A stretch of 64,000 nucleotides of DNA, taken from positions 1 to 64,000 of the forward strand of contig CAWCMR010000014.1 in the NCBI GenBank assembly GCA_963796685.1, given 5' to 3'. The notes below the pieces were generated by a model. It saw only the letters and a list, made by a program, of their open reading frames with translations. It had not been told where the DNA came from and ran no database searches. How positions within the stretch are numbered: position 1 is the stretch's first letter; each line of letters starts with the position of its first letter. The stretch is from an uncultured delta proteobacterium. Its GTDB lineage: Bacteria > Myxococcota_A > Polyangia > Fen-1088. Positions 61,432 through 64,000 of the stretch are shown one piece after another. Both the position numbers and the translations under genes were made by a program.

Positions 61432-63069
61432 TCATCGGTCAGAGGAAGCTTGACCCGGAAAAAGCTTCTCCAGCTCGAGAAACACCCCGTTGGTCCAGCC
61501 GAAGCCGATTTCGTTGCTGCGGTAGCCGAAGCGCAGGCCCGGTCTCACGTCCGCGCTGCGCGGGACCACATCGTATTTCTCGACGATGGTTTTGCGCGTC
61601 TCGAAGATATCGAGCACGAGCGAAAGGAACTCGCGCTGGATCCGATAGGCGTCCTCGTCGTAGCCGTAGCGACGCAAGCCCTCGACGGCAAGCAGTTGCA
61701 ACGGCGCCCAGCCGTAGGGCGCGTCCCATTGGCACCCACTCACGAAGGTGCTGGTCATGAGCCCGCCCGGCCGTTCGAAACGGCCCAGGTTGTCGTGGAC
61801 GCGCTTGGCCTGGTGAGGGGAGGCAAGCCCGGCCCATAGGGGATAGAAGGTCGTCGCGAAGGGATAGAATCGACGCCGGCCGGTTTGGAAGTCGAAGTCG
61901 AGATAGAGGCCGGTCTGCTCGTCCCAGAGCAAGGCGTCGATGGCTCTTCGCCGAGATTTCGCCCGATCGAGAAAGGTCGCGGCCTTCTGCGCGTGTCCGA
62001 GGAGCGTCGCCATGTCCGCGAGCTCGACCTCCATCCGGTAGAGCAGGGCGTTCAGGCACACCGGCAGGTAGTGAATGATGTCGACACCGAACTGGCCGAA
62101 GCGATTGGACGGGTCGAAGCCCGACTCGCGCATGGAACGATCGCCTTTGTAGAAAAGCGGGGTCAGGCGGTCGTGGGCGCGATCGTAGAATTCTTCGAGC
62201 GGGTAATCGGTGACGGCGTGGGTGCGGTAGTAGTCGCGCACGCGGTCGTAGTGGGTCCTGCCGCGCTCGTCGCGCTCTCCGGCAACCACCTCCGGCGCTG
62301 GCCCCTCGCCGAGAGCGAAGTAGCGCGACAGCCCGGACGCCTCTTCCAGGTGCGGCTCCTCGATCCAAGTCTGGTAGTAGGCTTCGACGGCCGGCAGGAC
62401 GCGGGCGAGCCAGACGAGATCCTTGGTCGCCCCATAGACCGCGAGCACCATCTCGCTTAGAAACGGCGGCTGCGAACGGGTGAGATAGTAGGTGCGATTG
62501 GCGTTGAGCACGCGACCATAGTGCTCGACCTCGTAGACGAAGTTGTCGGTCATGTCGCGCGCGAGCTCGACCTCGGCGTCGGCCAGCAGCCCGAGCACGA
62601 TGAAGTAGCTGTCCCAGCCGTACATCTCGTTGAAGCGTCCGCCCGGCACCACGTAGGGGTGGGGCAGGTAGAGCAATCCCGGCGGGGCGTTCGCGGAGAG
62701 TGGCCGAAGCACAATCTGGTGCCGCGTGGCGGGCGGCATTTCGGCGTCCAGGGTCCTGGCGATGCGAACCGGATCGTCGTTGGCCGGGTAGTAGACCGGC
62801 CAAGGTTCGCCCTCGACGTGGGGCACCTTCGGGTCGCGGGCCGCCAGCGCGAGATCGCGGTGGCTGCGTTCCAGCGTGTGCCACGCGTTCTTGATGTACG
62901 CGTGGATGGCTTCGAGGCCCGCCTCGGGCAGCGCGCGCACGGCAGGGGGCGTGCTGGTCGGCGGACCGGATGGCGCGTGCGCGAGCGTGCATCCGGCGAC
63001 GAGCAAACACAGCAAGGACGAGCGGCGGGGGAACCAGCCTCGCGCGAACGCCGATGTTCGCGTGGTCAT
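61432..63069 (-). CDS. treA: Alpha,alpha-trehalase (GH37), predicted lipoprotein
   Basis: VVPGGRFNEMYGWDSYF, NRTYYLTRSQPP, ESGFD, QWDAPYGWAP, EKYDV, GFGWTNG; LVAGC lipobox. Confidence 0.92.
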   Translation of the reverse strand: MTTRTSAFARGWFPRRSSLLCLLVAGCTLAHAPSGPPTSTPPAVRALPEAGLEAIHAYIKNAWHTLERSHRDLALAARDPKVPHVEGEPWPVYYPANDDPVRIARTLDAEMPPATRHQIVLRPLSANAPPGLLYLPHPYVVPGGRFNEMYGWDSYFIVLGLLADAEVELARDMTDNFVYEVEHYGRVLNANRTYYLTRSQPPFLSEMVLAVYGATKDLVWLARVLPAVEAYYQTWIEEPHLEEASGLSRYFALGEGPAPEVVAGERDERGRTHYDRVRDYYRTHAVTDYPLEEFYDRAHDRLTPLFYKGDRSMRESGFDPSNRFGQFGVDIIHYLPVCLNALLYRMEVELADMATLLGHAQKAATFLDRAKSRRRAIDALLWDEQTGLYLDFDFQTGRRRFYPFATTFYPLWAGLASPHQAKRVHDNLGRFERPGGLMTSTFVSGCQWDAPYGWAPLQLLAVEGLRRYGYDEDAYRIQREFLSLVLDIFETRKTIVEKYDVVPRSADVRPGLRFGYRSNEIGFGWTNGVFLELEKLFPGQASSDR

Positions 63070-63076
63070 GGCCGTC

Positions 63077-63463
63077 TCACCCGGCTTCGGGGGCTCCACG
63101 CTCGACCGTGATTCTCTCCCCCTCGCGCACGCCTTTGAGCAGACGCACGTCTTCGCGCGCCCGGCCCCACACGTTCACCCGTGCGGCCAAACGGATTTCC
63201 CCCGGGCGGGACAAGGGCGTACGCCCATAGCCGATGGCGACGCCGTCACCCTCCACCCAGAACGCGATCTCGCCCGGCTGCACGACCTCGCGCGCATCGG
63301 GCTCGCGTCGAGCCTGTACCGGCGTGGTGAAATAGACCTCCTCGCCCCAGATCTTGGCCGACGACGAGAACGGTAGGCTGGCAAGAATCGCCGCCGCCGT
63401 GGGCGTGTCCAGGGTGTCGACGGTGAGGTTGACCTTGCCAAGGGTGATGATGACGGTAGGCAT
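63077..63463 (-). CDS. Cyclophilin-like fold protein (DUF369-type)
   Basis: TPTA.AI..LPF.S.A..WGEEVYF..GEIAFW..IGYGRTP. Confidence 0.8.
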   Translation of the reverse strand: MPTVIITLGKVNLTVDTLDTPTAAAILASLPFSSSAKIWGEEVYFTTPVQARREPDAREVVQPGEIAFWVEGDGVAIGYGRTPLSRPGEIRLAARVNVWGRAREDVRLLKGVREGERITVERGAPEAG

Positions 63464-63498
63464 GGCTGGAGAATAGCCCAGAACTTCGAAGAAATGGC

Positions 63499-64000
63499 TC
63501 AACCCACCAGCCTTGGCGGCGGCGTTTCGGTGTGCGGGTCCGCGAAGGGGATGGGCGGCTCTTTGCCGGTGCGCAGGACGGAGTGCTTCACGCCGTAGGT
63601 GAAGTAGATGACGAGGCCGACGGCCATCCATGCGAAGAGGCGGATGATGGTGTGGGTGGTGGCCGTGTACATGAGCAGGCCCGAGGTCAGGGCGCCGCAG
63701 ATGGGAACGACGTAGGTGCCGCCGGGGACCTTGAACGAGCGGGGTATATCGGGGCGTCTGATACGCAGGATCATCACACCCAGGCTGACCAGCACGAAGG
63801 CGAACAGGGTGCCGATGCTGGTCAGCTCGCCGAGAATATCGATGGGTAGTACGCCGCCGGCCAAGGCGCACATGCAGCCGGTGATGATGGTGGTGACGTG
63901 CGGCGTGCCGAAGCGCGGGTGCACCTTGGCCGCGACCGGGGGCAGAAGGCCGTCGCGCGCCATGGAGAAGAAGATACGCGGCTGACCGAGCAGCAGCACC
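63499..64000 (-). CDS. APC-family amino acid permease, C-terminal part (runs off the window)
   Basis: GQPRIFFSMARDGLLP..VHPRFGTP, SIGTLFAF, PRSFKVP. Confidence 0.9.
   Translation of the reverse strand, partial: VLLLGQPRIFFSMARDGLLPPVAAKVHPRFGTPHVTTIITGCMCALAGGVLPIDILGELTSIGTLFAFVLVSLGVMILRIRRPDIPRSFKVPGGTYVVPICGALTSGLLMYTATTHTIIRLFAWMAVGLVIYFTYGVKHSVLRTGKEPPIPFADPHTETPPPRLVG

Overview
High-GC chromosomal region, most likely from a Myxococcota (Polyangia-like) bacterium. This assignment is inferred from a CdbA-family RHH protein, a Myxococcus Cys-rich repeat, a Ser/Thr kinase-TPR/PEGA-lipoprotein module and double-FHA proteins. The backbone is housekeeping: xseA, cysS, murI, glgC/glgP/GH57, typA, hinT, gnd, surA/ppiC, mfd, dksA, tldD/pmbA, lgt x2, lspA, ileS, trehalase and an APC permease. 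Points of interest: (i) two paralogous small proteins that consist only of a 4-Cys putative Zn module fused to an RpoD-like sigma region 4.2, one of them downstream of a MerR-like HTH gene; (ii) cytoplasmic type III secretion parts only (SctK-like, SctL, SctN and, 20 kb away, an SctQ-like gene), with no export gate or rings in the window; (iii) a GlgA-like protein lacking its catalytic motifs, directly downstream of cdbA; (iv) an islet bracketed by two toxin-antitoxin modules between ppiC and mfd; (v) an IleRS with non-canonical HYGT and VYSKS signature motifs; (vi) a methyltransferase/radical-SAM deletion scar and several genes hidden by frameshifts. Many 1-2 nt frameshifts in G/C runs look like long-read consensus errors. 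No rRNA, tRNA, CRISPR array, integrase or transposase was recognised. All family assignments come from motif recognition by eye; no database search was run.
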